DNA from: a virus
Lineage: Duplodnaviria > Caudoviricetes
Virus record (IMG/VR): IMGVR_UViG_2930438282_000004
Location: 18,364 to 82,363 of that record
Direction: 5' to 3' (one strand)
DNA length: 64,000 nucleotides
The notes below the pieces were generated by a model. That model had not been told where the DNA came from. It worked only from the letters and a program-made list of their open reading frames with translations, and did no database searches. The position numbers and the translations under genes were made by a program. Shown one piece after another: positions 10,058 to 19,563 of this stretch. Position 1 is the stretch's first letter. Each line of letters begins with the position of its first letter.

Positions 10058-11610
10058 CAGCCTTCCTCCTGCGCCTGCGCGAGCGCTTCGAGGTCATCGA
10101 TCGTGCCGGACAGCAGCGCGGCCACCTGCTCACTGGTGATGACGCCGAGCGTCGCCGCGGACCCGAGCTTCTGCGCGCTGTCCGCCAGCGAGGCGAGGAC
10201 ATCGACACGGCGCTGCAGCTCGGCGTCGTCCGTACCCGCCAGCCACAAGTCGACCTGCTCCGCCCGGTAGCCGGCCTCGATGAGGGCCTGCCGACGGGGA
10301 ACCCCGGCTTCGATCTTCGCCTTGACCGTCTGCCATCCCTCGACATCGTCGATGGTCTCGGCAGGCTTCCAATGCACAGTGACGACGGGGTTGGCGATGC
10401 CGAGGCGACGCAGGGCGAACGTGAACGCCTCGCGCAGGGTTGCCCCGTAGGAGAGCTGCCGGTTGCCGACCTTCTTGGTGAAGGGGGCGTCCTGAGCGCG
10501 CACGGACTGCCCGGACGGCTGCTCACCGGAAGGGTCGAACAGGTGCAGAGGGGTGGTGCAGATGACGGCCATGGCGCGGACGTTGAACAAGATCGGGTCG
10601 AGGAACACCCCAGGCTGCGCAGCGTCGAACTGGCCCACCTGCTTGAAGCCGCGCAGCAACATCAGCTCGCCCGGGCCCGCCTTGAGGCTGCTGTCGTCGC
10701 CGGAGTCCGACGGGCCGACGCCCTGCTCCGACAGCGGCCAGTCGTCATCAGCGAAGTCGCCGGGCTCCAGGTCGGAGGTGTCGGTGGTGGCGGTCTCGGT
10801 GAGCGCATACCGCTGCGGGAAGCCCTGGTAGTCGACCGTTCCCATGTGCGTCGACTGGAGCTTGGTGATCGCGTTCTGCGGGCCGTAGGCGCCGTAGTGC
10901 TCGGGGGTGCCGTAGGGCCGGTCGGTGCGGAAGTGGAAGACGGGCTGCTCGCCCCAATCGTTGTCGATCTTCCACGACTCGGGGTCTTCCTCGTCGGCGA
11001 GCCAGTGGAACCAGTCCCGGGCCTGTTCCCCACTGGAGTTCTTGCCCGTGGTCCACCGCTCGGTCCAACCGTCGTACAGCAGCTCGGCCCGCTGGTAGGG
11101 CCCGTCACACCAGCGTTTGATCGTGAGCCGCTTCCGGCGCGGGTTCTCTTCGTCGTAGATGACGCGGACGGTCTGCGGACTGTTGTAGAACATCTCGACC
11201 CGCACCACGGTGCCGTCTTCGTCTTCCACGGGCAGGACCATGAGGTAGGCGTCGCCGAACTCGCCGGCCCGGCGGAACAGGTCGGGCAACTCAAGGTCGA
11301 GTTGGTTGTCTTGCCACACCTTGGAGATGAGGGCGGTTTCGTCGTCGTTCTGGCCGGTGATTCCGGCGATCTCCAGTCGGTCGGTGACGGCGTCGACGGG
11401 GGTCTTGGCGAAGTTGAGGTCGAAGTCGATGTCGTGCGCGCGGAGGGCGCGGCGGATGCGGGTGCTGGTGAAGACCTCGGGGACTTTGCCGTCGTAGTAG
11501 CGGGCGGCCTGGTCGTAGTTGGGGCGCGCTTCCTGGAGTTCTTCGATGCCGTACATGAGGTCGGCGTGTGGGTCGATCGCCTGGTCTTCCAATGCACCCT
11601 CCAGCCTCAT
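10057..11610 (-). CDS. Portal protein (SPP1 gp6-like)
   Basis: YYDG...NFAKTPVDA...GDAY pattern. Confidence 0.92.
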   Translation of the reverse strand: MRLEGALEDQAIDPHADLMYGIEELQEARPNYDQAARYYDGKVPEVFTSTRIRRALRAHDIDFDLNFAKTPVDAVTDRLEIAGITGQNDDETALISKVWQDNQLDLELPDLFRRAGEFGDAYLMVLPVEDEDGTVVRVEMFYNSPQTVRVIYDEENPRRKRLTIKRWCDGPYQRAELLYDGWTERWTTGKNSSGEQARDWFHWLADEEDPESWKIDNDWGEQPVFHFRTDRPYGTPEHYGAYGPQNAITKLQSTHMGTVDYQGFPQRYALTETATTDTSDLEPGDFADDDWPLSEQGVGPSDSGDDSSLKAGPGELMLLRGFKQVGQFDAAQPGVFLDPILFNVRAMAVICTTPLHLFDPSGEQPSGQSVRAQDAPFTKKVGNRQLSYGATLREAFTFALRRLGIANPVVTVHWKPAETIDDVEGWQTVKAKIEAGVPRRQALIEAGYRAEQVDLWLAGTDDAELQRRVDVLASLADSAQKLGSAATLGVITSEQVAALLSGTIDDLEALAQAQEEG

Positions 11611-11690
11611 CCTTTGATTCGAAGGATAGAGGCTGAATTGGATCGCGTCACGGTCGGGCCTGGAAGTGTTCTACCTTTGAAACGAAGGAA

Positions 11691-13298
11691 CTACGTGTAG
11701 GCGGTCTTCGAAGCCGAGGGCGCAGCCTTCCGCACAGGCGGGATGAACCGGCGCACCGCCGACCCCACCGCGTCGACCATGTCGTCATTCGGGCCCTTCG
11801 GGAAAATACACATCTGCTGCTCCAACTCCGGCAGCCGGCGCGCATGCATGACCCGGCCCCGCTGGTAGTGGCCCAGCACGCCCTCCGCGCGCGAGAACTT
11901 CGGCTCGTTCTGATGGACCGTCTTCACCTTCACCGGCATGTCGTGGAGGATCGCCTGCCACGCGTCGCCGCCCTGGTTGACCTCGATCAGGATCAGCCCG
12001 ATCCGCGGGAACTCGTCCAGCAGGGCGAGCACGCGTTCGCGGAGCTCCGGGCCCGGGCGGAGCCGCAGCGCCAGCGCCGCGTGCACCGTGCAGCGCTTGT
12101 GCCAGGCCGACCACGACACCACCGCCAGGCCGGTGAAGTCGCTCGCTCGCTTCGCCGTGGTGGCGGGGTCGATGCTCAGCATCATGTGGGTCACCGGGTC
12201 CGCGCCGGTGACGGGGTCGACCCGATCGGCAGCATCCAGGGCATCGTTGGCGCGATCGAACGCGGTCGGGGGCTCCGGGTAGCGGAAGTCGTCCGGCGCC
12301 CACAGAGCGCCGTCCGCGGCCAGCGGATCGTTCGCCATGTTCTTGGCGTACGACCGGGTGTGTCGGATCTCCAGCAGATACTCGATCGGCCACTTCGCCG
12401 GCCACATCGACCGCTCCGTACCGTCCGGCCGCTCCACGATCGGCAGGCTGTGATGCGCGCGGATCCCCTCATCACGGATCCAGTCCGCGACGTGGACGCC
12501 CTTCGCCGCCTTCACCAGCTGGTGGATGATGCTCCCCGGCATGGTCACCGTGCCGCAGATCGCTACCCGAGCGTAGATGTTCAGCGGCAGGATCGCATCC
12601 AGCAGGGTGGTGAGCCGCTTCGCGGCCAGGGCCGCCGAGTAGGACGCCTCATCCGGTTCGATGTCGTCGCACAGCAGCAGGTCCGGCCGCTTCTCCTCCA
12701 CCTTCATGCCGAGCGCACTGGAGTCGATGCCGTGCGCGGCGAAGATGAACCCGGACCGGGCGACGTACATGGACTGGGTGTCCGCGACGTTCTGCCCGGA
12801 CGGCCGCTTCGCCGCGGTGCACAGGTCGGGGAAGTCGCGGCGCAGCAGAGCGTTGCCGTCCAACTCCCGCTTGAAGGTGGACAGGTGCCGCTCGGCCTGC
12901 GTCGCGGCCGAGGCGAACGCGGCAGCAAACCGGACGTGGCCGTGCGCGGCAGCCCACATCGGCAGGATCAGGAACCACCACGTGGTCTTCCCCGTGTTGC
13001 GGGGCGCGATCCACGCGTCCCGCTCCTCGGCCGGCCCGGTAGGCGGGCGTACCCAACGGCGGCCGGCACGGCACCAGTCGAGGTGGGCGTCGCCGACGCT
13101 GATCCGGCCCTGCTCGTCGCGAAGGTGGTGGCGGAGGTAGACCAGGCCGAACAGCAGCGGGTCGAGCCGGGTGAGGGTGCGGCGCCCTTCCGGGTCGGCG
13201 AGGAGCCGCGCGTCGAACTGGGCGAGGTAGGCGTCGAGGCTGAACGTCTCGGCGTCCATGCCGTCGAGGTAGCCGGGCGTGCGGACCGCGGTGGTCAC
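11691..13298 (-). CDS. Terminase large subunit
   Basis: Walker A APRNTGKT, Walker B LLLCDD, nuclease IDPA...DF...NDDMVDA. Confidence 0.92.
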   Translation of the reverse strand: MTTAVRTPGYLDGMDAETFSLDAYLAQFDARLLADPEGRRTLTRLDPLLFGLVYLRHHLRDEQGRISVGDAHLDWCRAGRRWVRPPTGPAEERDAWIAPRNTGKTTWWFLILPMWAAAHGHVRFAAAFASAATQAERHLSTFKRELDGNALLRRDFPDLCTAAKRPSGQNVADTQSMYVARSGFIFAAHGIDSSALGMKVEEKRPDLLLCDDIEPDEASYSAALAAKRLTTLLDAILPLNIYARVAICGTVTMPGSIIHQLVKAAKGVHVADWIRDEGIRAHHSLPIVERPDGTERSMWPAKWPIEYLLEIRHTRSYAKNMANDPLAADGALWAPDDFRYPEPPTAFDRANDALDAADRVDPVTGADPVTHMMLSIDPATTAKRASDFTGLAVVSWSAWHKRCTVHAALALRLRPGPELRERVLALLDEFPRIGLILIEVNQGGDAWQAILHDMPVKVKTVHQNEPKFSRAEGVLGHYQRGRVMHARRLPELEQQMCIFPKGPNDDMVDAVGSAVRRFIPPVRKAAPSASKTAYT

Positions 13299-13301
13299 GG
13301 C

Positions 13302-13472
13302 TCAGCCCTCGTGCAGTTCGCGGCCGTCGAGGCTGTGGTGCACGGCGATCCAGCCGACCGACCCGTCTTCGCGCTTCTCCGGCCGTTCCGTGGGGCCGCA
13401 CACGCACTGCCCGCCGACGCTCGTGTCGTGCTCGATGACGTCGTCGACCGGGATGACGTGAAGGTCAGCCAT
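13302..13472 (-). CDS. Small Cys/His protein between the terminase genes
   Basis: MADLHVIPVDDVIEHD..CVCGP..HHSLDGRE; 56 aa, below ORF track cutoff. Confidence 0.7.
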   Translation of the reverse strand: MADLHVIPVDDVIEHDTSVGGQCVCGPTERPEKREDGSVGWIAVHHSLDGRELHEG

Positions 13473-14091
13473 CGGCGCCGCCGTCGAGGATCTGCTGCTC
13501 CTCCGACTGCATGCGCGCCTTCGCCTCGCGGAGCATCTCCTGCAATTCGAGGTCTTGCTGGGACACCTCGGTGACCGTGGCGTCGACCTTGACGGGCATG
13601 TCGAGGCCGAGGAGCCGGCGGATGGACTCGCCCGTGCGGCGCCGGGATTCCTCGATCCGGTTGAGCCGGTCGACGGCCTGGAGGATGACCCCGTCGTCCT
13701 CCAGGGGCTCTTCCTCGCCGGTCTCCGGGTTGAGGAGGCGGATGACGCGGCCGTTGTTGACGGTGATGTGCTTGCGGCCCATCACCTCGCGGACGGTCTC
13801 CTCCATGTTGCCGAGGCGTTCGAGGGAGGCCTCGAGGCGGGCGAGTTCGAGGGCCCGGTAGTGGTCGACCTTCGGGTCGATCCGGCGGGCGTACTCCTTC
13901 TCGGCGATGTCGCGGACGCTGCTGAAGGCGATGCGCTTGCCGCCGGTGGGTCCGTCGGGGTCGGCGGTGAGGGCTTCGATGGCGCGGTAGGAGAGTCCTT
14001 CGACACGGAGGTCGAAGATGAGGGAGACGAGGTCGGCGGCCTCTGCTTGGTTCCGTTTGCTGTACAGGCTGGGCCCTGCGCGGCGCGGCAT
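13465..14091 (-). CDS. Terminase small subunit
   Basis: N-terminal HTH (GLSYRAI), C-terminal RRLLGLD, upstream of TerL. Confidence 0.8.
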   Translation of the reverse strand: MPRRAGPSLYSKRNQAEAADLVSLIFDLRVEGLSYRAIEALTADPDGPTGGKRIAFSSVRDIAEKEYARRIDPKVDHYRALELARLEASLERLGNMEETVREVMGRKHITVNNGRVIRLLNPETGEEEPLEDDGVILQAVDRLNRIEESRRRTGESIRRLLGLDMPVKVDATVTEVSQQDLELQEMLREAKARMQSEEQQILDGGADG

Positions 14092-14245
14092 TTCCCCTCC
14101 CGGCCCGTTGATTCCACAGGATCGCAGTGCGTCCACCTTGGAATCTTAGGTCAAACTGGGTCTTTAGTCGCCTGTTCCTCTACCGACTCGGCCGTCCCAG
14201 GTCCACAATGAAGGTACGGCACCAACGCGGAAGGGGCGCTGAGCG

Positions 14246-14443
14246 ATGGTCTCCAGCCGAGGCGGCAAGTACGGCTTCGTCTACCGGTCACGGTTCAGCG
14301 CGTACCGCGCACTGCGCCGCAAGGGCCTGTCGAAGAGCCGTGCCGCGGAGATCAGCAACGCCGGACGCTCCTTCCCGCAACGGTCCCTGATGGCGAGGAA
14401 GGCCGCGAAGACCAGGCAGGCGCGGGGGCGCAAGCGTCACTGA
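14246..14443 (+). CDS. Small highly basic protein
   Basis: YRALRRKGLSKSRAAEISNA; divergent from TerS. Confidence 0.65.
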   Translation: MVSSRGGKYGFVYRSRFSAYRALRRKGLSKSRAAEISNAGRSFPQRSLMARKAAKTRQARGRKRH

Positions 14444-14511
14444 GGTGGCGGGGTGAGGTGAGGGCCCGGAGGCGGACGGCGTCTTCGGGCCCTCACCGTG
14501 TCCGGGGCCGG

Positions 14512-14769
14512 CTACTGCTGCGGCGGGTACTGGCCGGGCGGGGGCTGCCATCCCTGGGGCGGTGGCCCGTAACCCTGCTGGGGTGGCGGCGGCGGCATCA
14601 TCTGCCCTTGCGGGTACCCGGTGACGACCTTCTTGCGGCCCATGGCGGCGGCAATGGGCCAGCCGGTGATGGCCCATAGGCCGCAGGTGATGAGGGTCAG
14701 GAAGAGGTGCAGGCCGTGGTTGGCGCCGCGCTTTTCGACGTATCGCTGTGGTGGTGGGTAGTGGCTCAC
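14512..14769 (-). CDS. Small membrane protein with Pro/Gln-rich tail
   Basis: NHGLHLFLTLITCGLW TM motif. Confidence 0.75.
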   Translation of the reverse strand: MSHYPPPQRYVEKRGANHGLHLFLTLITCGLWAITGWPIAAAMGRKKVVTGYPQGQMMPPPPPQQGYGPPPQGWQPPPGQYPPQQ

Positions 14770-14883
14770 GCCTTTCCCCCTGGTGTACGGGTTGTGGTGA
14801 GGAGTGAGCGTAGGGGGAGTTTTTGCCGTGTGTGGGGGGTGTGACGGGGCTGTGACCGGATCGGATGGATTCGCGCACGACAG

Positions 14884-14914
14884 AGGCCCCGAACCGGACG
14901 GCGGTTCGGGGCCT
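14884..14914. terminator. Intrinsic terminator-like hairpin
   Basis: AGGCCCCGAACC...GGTTCGGGGCCT. Confidence 0.6.
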
Positions 14915-15072
14915 CCTGCCGAGCAGGGTCAGGAGTCCCGGGACTTCCGCGTCTCCAGCATCCGCGCAGTGGAGACGTACTTGCGGCGCAGCCGGTCACG
15001 TATGGAGCCCAGGCCGGGCCCCCACTGGCACGGCGGGCCGCCGTCCACGTAGTAGTTGTAGCTCCACACCCA

Positions 15073-15175
15073 TGGCGTTAACGGTTTGGTATGGCCCCAC
15101 TTTTCTGGTCTGAACTGGCCCCGACTTGCTGCGACGGGCCCTTGTGTTCCGGGCCGGAGTGGCCCCGCTTTGAAG
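15073..15175. mobile_element. IS21-family end remnant
   Basis: Starts TG; three TGGCCCC subterminal repeats; truncates an ORF fragment at ~14929-15070; istB pieces nearby. Confidence 0.5.
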
Positions 15176-15184
15176 GGAGCGGTG

Positions 15185-15643
15185 TCAGTCGTCGCTGGAC
15201 GTCATGTCGTATTCGCCGACATCCAGATCTGCGCCGGTTGCGGCGAGGAAGTCCACCACCGCGCGATCCAGGTGCCAGCCGAAGAGGTTCGTGTCGTCCG
15301 GCGAGCCTGAGGGCTGCTCGTCATGCCGGTTGAAGTAGCGCTGGACCTGGAGAATCGCGCCCCCGGGGCCCTCCTCGGTTGCGAGACGGGCTGTCAGAGT
15401 GGTGAGCGCTTCCATGCGGGGGCGTAGCCTGCCGATGACCTGGTCGATCTGCTCATCGACTGGCAGGCCGGGCTCGCGGCAGAAGACCTTCCAGCAGTGA
15501 CAGAACGGGATGGTGTGAGGTGATGTGGTTAGACTCCCCCGCACCGTGACTTCGTCCGGTTCCACGCGAAGCAACTGGGTGATCTCGTCGGCGGCGGTGC
15601 CCACGCTGGAGATCGCAAAGTAGACGTACTGAGTCAACGACAC
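15185..15643 (-). CDS. DUF4279-family protein
   Basis: YVYFAI...EITQLLRVEPD...C-terminal LDVGEY pattern. Confidence 0.75.
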   Translation of the reverse strand: MSLTQYVYFAISSVGTAADEITQLLRVEPDEVTVRGSLTTSPHTIPFCHCWKVFCREPGLPVDEQIDQVIGRLRPRMEALTTLTARLATEEGPGGAILQVQRYFNRHDEQPSGSPDDTNLFGWHLDRAVVDFLAATGADLDVGEYDMTSSDD

Positions 15644-15714
15644 CCGCGGAGACTACCCCGCCCTGGTCGACAACGAGGTGGCAGCGGCAACCCTTGTGAG
15701 GGAACAAGTGCCAG

Positions 15715-15890
15715 CCCCAGATGGCTGGACCAAGACCTTCACCGACCCCCGGCTCTGCCCGGTGTGTGAGGTTGGGGTTGGCCGTGTAGTCGAAGTCGGA
15801 CAGCCACTGCGAGCACGGGAAGCCGGTCGGGTGGATGCCCCGTTCGGAGCGGCGGCGGTCGCGGTCCTCGCACTCGGCCATCAGCAGGGT
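15715..15890. pseudogene. istB: Two istB fragments in opposite orientations
   Basis: Plus strand GWTKTFTDPRLC; minus strand LMAECEDRDRRRSER..GFP..WLSDFDYTANPN. Confidence 0.75.
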
Positions 15891-16316
15891 TCAAGCGGCG
15901 AGAGCGTCGGCGAGCAGCTGGACGCGGGCGGTGATGGGGCAGTCAACGGGGTAGAGCACGGTGACGGTGGCGAGGCCGACGGTGGCGGTGCGTCGCTGCG
16001 GCTCGTCGGCGGCCGGCCGGGCGATGCGGTAGCTGGTGCGGTGGACCGTGTAGGAGATCAGGCGGTCGAGGCGGAACTCGCGGGGCTCGCCGGTCTCGCG
16101 GTCCATCACCTTCAGGACGATGTTGCCGGCGGCGCTGACGTAGAAGTCGTAGATCTCGACAGTGCGCAGGGTCCGGACGAGGTGGCCGGTCTTCCTGCCG
16201 TTCTCGTCCTTCTCTTCCTTGAGCGCGGTGATGGTGACGGGGTGCTGGCGGTCAGCGGCCTTGATGAGGCGGGTGAGGGTCTGGCTGGTGGTCTCGTTCT
16301 TGTTGTGCCTCATCAT
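15891..16316 (-). CDS. Stand-alone WYL-domain protein
   Basis: R-x-VE...DRETGEPREFRLDRL motif. Confidence 0.8.
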   Translation of the reverse strand: MMRHNKNETTSQTLTRLIKAADRQHPVTITALKEEKDENGRKTGHLVRTLRTVEIYDFYVSAAGNIVLKVMDRETGEPREFRLDRLISYTVHRTSYRIARPAADEPQRRTATVGLATVTVLYPVDCPITARVQLLADALAA

Positions 16317-16326
16317 CGCCCCTTGG

Positions 16327-16402
16327 TTGCGCTCTCTTGTTGCGCTTCACGGTAGCGCTCCGCCACTGTGAAGCGCAAGGGAATTGCGCTACCGTGTTGC
16401 GC
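16327..16402. promoter_or_regulatory. Operator-rich divergent intergenic region
   Basis: TTGCGCTTCAC..GTGAAGCGCAA and CACGGTAGCGC..GCGCTACCGTG inverted repeats; repeated TTGCGC. Confidence 0.6.
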
Positions 16403-16639
16403 ATGGATCCGATGACCAACCTCGACAAGGCGACCTCCCGATACCGGGAGACCGAGAAGGAGCACGACGAATCCCGGGACGCCGCCATCACGGCCGTAGT
16501 TGAAGCCCTGCGCGCTGGCGCCCGCCCAACCGACGTCACCGCGCGCTCACCATTCACGGCCGCGTACGTGCGCCGGATCGCCCGAGAGAACGGCATCGAG
16601 GCAGCCAAGCCCGGCCCGAAGAAAGGCGCGGCTCGGTGA
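16403..16639 (+). CDS. Small HTH DNA-binding protein
   Basis: AVVEALRAGARPTDV..SPFTAAYVRRIAR. Confidence 0.7.
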   Translation: MDPMTNLDKATSRYRETEKEHDESRDAAITAVVEALRAGARPTDVTARSPFTAAYVRRIARENGIEAAKPGPKKGAAR

Positions 16640-17031
16640 CCCAGCACACCACTTGCCAGCACGAGCGCCACCGCCTCACCTGCGAGGACTTCGACCAGTT
16701 GTGGCAGCACGCTCAAGGCTGCTGCGAACTCTGCGGCACTCCGGCCGTGCAAACCCCGGATGGGAAGCTGTTCATCGACCACGCAGGGGCGTACAGCTTC
16801 TTCTCAGCGCGGGGCCTGCTGTGCTCGAAGTGCAACTCCCTGATGGGGTACATCGACCGTGGCGAGAAGCAGGACGGGCGCGCAATCGGCTACCTCGCCA
16901 ATTCGTGGTTCTTCCGTGTGCTCCGCGCCCGGCATGCTGAGAACGTGACCGCCCGACGACGGCTGCGGCGACCCGGCGCCGAACTCCCGGAGCGCCCGGC
17001 GGGTGGCGAAGGGAACACCGATGGAGTGTGA
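16636..17031 (+). CDS. Endonuclease VII-domain protein
   Basis: CELC...IDH...RGLLCSKCNSLMG. Confidence 0.85.
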   Translation: MTQHTTCQHERHRLTCEDFDQLWQHAQGCCELCGTPAVQTPDGKLFIDHAGAYSFFSARGLLCSKCNSLMGYIDRGEKQDGRAIGYLANSWFFRVLRARHAENVTARRRLRRPGAELPERPAGGEGNTDGV

Positions 17032-17185
17032 GAGCTGCCACGGCACGGGCGTCGACCCGCACGCGTACATCGTGCAACGAGGCAGTGACGGTGGCCTCCG
17101 TGGCGTCGCCATCGCGCCGTGCACCAGCTGCCAGCCTGATGATGAGAGCGCAGGTTCGGTGCGCCCGGACGAGGAGCGGTCATGA
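17021..17185 (+). CDS. Small zinc-finger protein
   Basis: CESCHGTG...CTSC. Confidence 0.55.
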   Translation: MECESCHGTGVDPHAYIVQRGSDGGLRGVAIAPCTSCQPDDESAGSVRPDEERS

Positions 17186-17442
17186 GCGTGTCCCCCTTTG
17201 ATCCGCTGGAGTCCCTGCCCCCGGCGCGCAGGAAGCTCATCGTCACGCTGCTCGGCTACGGCGTGGAACGGCTGGACGCCGAGGAGTTGCTGGAGGACGT
17301 CGAAGCCGAGCTGGCAGAGCAACTCCGCGACGAAGCGGATCGCGAGGGGGCTGAGTTCCGACCCGGCCTGCATTTGGCGGCCAACCTGCTCGACCCGAAC
17401 GACGGCAGGGGCGTCCCGCCGGAACGCGGGGGAAGAGGATGA
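17182..17442 (+). CDS. Hypothetical protein (paralogue at 61293-61574)
   Basis: Clear homology to the second copy. Confidence 0.7.
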   Translation: MSVSPFDPLESLPPARRKLIVTLLGYGVERLDAEELLEDVEAELAEQLRDEADREGAEFRPGLHLAANLLDPNDGRGVPPERGGRG

Positions 17443-17492
17443 AGAAGGCCCCGCCTGGTTGTCCGGGCGGGGGGCCGCTCCACATTTAGACG

Positions 17493-17753
17493 TCAGCCCG
17501 GGTAGTCGTCGCCGAGCACCTCACGCCGCGCCGCCGCAGCCTTCCGATTCAACGCACCCGTCATCCGGAACAGAGCCACCGTCAACGCCAGCCACGCCAC
17601 GACGACCACCACCTGAATGACCACGCCCACCACGCCGAGGCCATCAACCGCCCGGCCCACGATCAGAGCAATCACGCCGGCGCACAGCCACGCGAACCAG
17701 ATGCGGAGTTTCTCCACGCGCACCGCGCGCTGCACATCGCTGTAGTCGGACAC
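17493..17753 (-). CDS. Two-TM membrane protein (paralogue at 61723-61983)
   Basis: Hydrophobic segments; homologous copy. Confidence 0.75.
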   Translation of the reverse strand: MSDYSDVQRAVRVEKLRIWFAWLCAGVIALIVGRAVDGLGVVGVVIQVVVVVAWLALTVALFRMTGALNRKAAAARREVLGDDYPG

Positions 17754-17893
17754 GAATCCCCCCGAGGTTGGACGTAGTTGTCGGGCCGCATCATCTGCCG
17801 CAGTGGGCACTGTGTGAAGGGTGGCGCCCGAACCATGACATGCGAAAGCCCCGCCCCCAAAGCGATTCAGGAGCGGGGCCGCTGCACATCCGG

Positions 17894-18055
17894 CTACGCC
17901 GACTATCCCCCTGGGTAATGTCGGTGATCTCCACGGACACCTTCATACGGGACGAGGACGTGCTGATCAGAGACGGCGAGTAGTTCAGGCTTGTCCGGTC
18001 CGTCAGCTCAGCCGTCTCGATGACCGGACCACACTCGTCGCCGTGGATCTCGTAC
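17894..18055 (-). pseudogene. C-terminal remnant of the secreted protein seen at 62122-62669
   Basis: Near-identical DNA to ~62122-62284; 5' part replaced by the lipoprotein gene. Confidence 0.8.
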
Positions 18056-18067
18056 AGGGGTGTGCGA

Positions 18068-18559
18068 TCAGGACTCCGAGGCGGTCGCCTTCTTCAGCGC
18101 GGCCACCAGCTCGGCGCGCCGGTCATCGGAGGTGAGGTCTTGATCCCGGGCAGTCCAACCGAGGGCGAACCTGCCAACCTGCCGCCAGTCGCCGGTCTTC
18201 TTCATTGTCGTCACCCAGCGCGCGGCGCCTGCTGACTTGTCGAACTCGTAGATCGACACGGTATCCGTGGTGATGAGTTGCGAGCAGTCGTTCGGGCCTG
18301 GTGACTTGCCGGCTGCCTTGCCTGAGCATGCGTCCGTGTTGTCAGTCGGGTTGCCGAGGTCGGTGACGCCCGTCGCGTCGGCAAGCTTGGCTGCGGCTTC
18401 CTGCGCGGTGAGCCCGGTGATCGGCAGGGCCACTCCGTCCTCGCTCGACGAGTAACGGATCTTCGAGGGCTCTGTCGAGGCGGTGTCACTGCCCGAGCAG
18501 GCGGTGAGCGCGAGGGCTGCTGCGGCGAGTAGCCCGACGGCGGTAGCGCGGGTGTTCAT
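18068..18559 (-). CDS. Lipoprotein
   Basis: Signal peptide with lipobox LTAC. Confidence 0.8.
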   Translation of the reverse strand: MNTRATAVGLLAAAALALTACSGSDTASTEPSKIRYSSSEDGVALPITGLTAQEAAAKLADATGVTDLGNPTDNTDACSGKAAGKSPGPNDCSQLITTDTVSIYEFDKSAGAARWVTTMKKTGDWRQVGRFALGWTARDQDLTSDDRRAELVAALKKATASES

Positions 18560-18674
18560 GTTCCCCCCTGGAACGCGTGGCGTGTACGGGGGTCATGATG
18601 CCGCGTCCGGTGCTTCCGGTTCCGGGCATGCCAGATCTGCGCCCCATAGTGAGGAAAGATCGCGCCGAACGCAA

Positions 18675-19193
18675 CTACGGGCGTAGTACCCGGCGTGGGC
18701 TGGAGCCATATATCTCCCGAAGGCGCACGGAGAGGGCTTCCTGAGCTGCCTCCACTAGCGCGTGGGCGTCGGGCACCTGCGTGTAGCCCTCAGCCCTGCT
18801 CATGCTGAGCCTGTTCGCCTCTCTGTGCGCCTGGCTGACAAGCGAGCGCAGGTCGTCGTCAATGATCAACGCCTTGAGCCTGGTGATCTCCCGGTTCGAT
18901 TCCATCAGGGCGACCCCGTGCTCTCCAAGCGGCTCATCATCGGTGACGTGATCGTGGCACCGGAGCGCGGCAGTGAAGAGTCGTGCAAGTACCGCGTTTA
19001 CCTCTGCGAGGTGAGTCAATTCGAACGCCTCGCGACGGTCGATCCCTGCCTGCTCCCGATCCAGCTCCCGGATCTTCTGCTCACGCTTCAGGGCAGCAGC
19101 TTCGCGACGCCCCTCGCTCAACTGGTTGAGCCAGGCGCCGAGAATCAGCGAGACAACGGGGAGCACAGCCGTGATGGTCCATTTCCAGTCCAC
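18675..19193 (-). CDS. Membrane-anchored helical protein
   Basis: N-terminal TM followed by coiled coil. Confidence 0.65.
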   Translation of the reverse strand: MDWKWTITAVLPVVSLILGAWLNQLSEGRREAAALKREQKIRELDREQAGIDRREAFELTHLAEVNAVLARLFTAALRCHDHVTDDEPLGEHGVALMESNREITRLKALIIDDDLRSLVSQAHREANRLSMSRAEGYTQVPDAHALVEAAQEALSVRLREIYGSSPRRVLRP

Positions 19194-19320
19194 GCGGCGG
19201 AGAGTACGTGTTTCGCCAGGAATCCGCGCGCGGGGAGGCCGATGCCCCGCCGTCACAGGGAGACGGCGGGGCATCGTGTTCCGGGCACCACCCGGAGTGA
19301 GCCTTCAGCGTGGCAGGGGC

Positions 19321-19500
19321 TCAGTCGTCATCGACACCGAGCCGTACCTCAACTTGCTTGATCTTCCCGCTCATCGACAACTCGGCCCGGATCGGATTGT
19401 CGAACGGCACGTCGGCTTTCCTCGCGGCCTCGACGAACGCGGCCAACTCCTCGAGCGTCATGTCTTTCGCTTCCCCAGTGAAGCGCAGCGCAGCAGGCAT
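19321..19500 (-). CDS. Small hypothetical protein
   Basis: MTLEELAAFVEAAR... Confidence 0.55.
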   Translation of the reverse strand: MPAALRFTGEAKDMTLEELAAFVEAARKADVPFDNPIRAELSMSGKIKQVEVRLGVDDD

Positions 19501-19563
19501 GGACTGAGGATGACGCAAGAGGACCCCGCCGCGCGAGGGGGGGGTGACGCGCGGCGGGGCCCG

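Noticed and set aside
17493-18055. Direct repeat as prophage attL/attR or a DGR template/variable pair
   Set aside because: It consists of coding paralogues, the differences are not adenine-specific, and no reverse transcriptase is present
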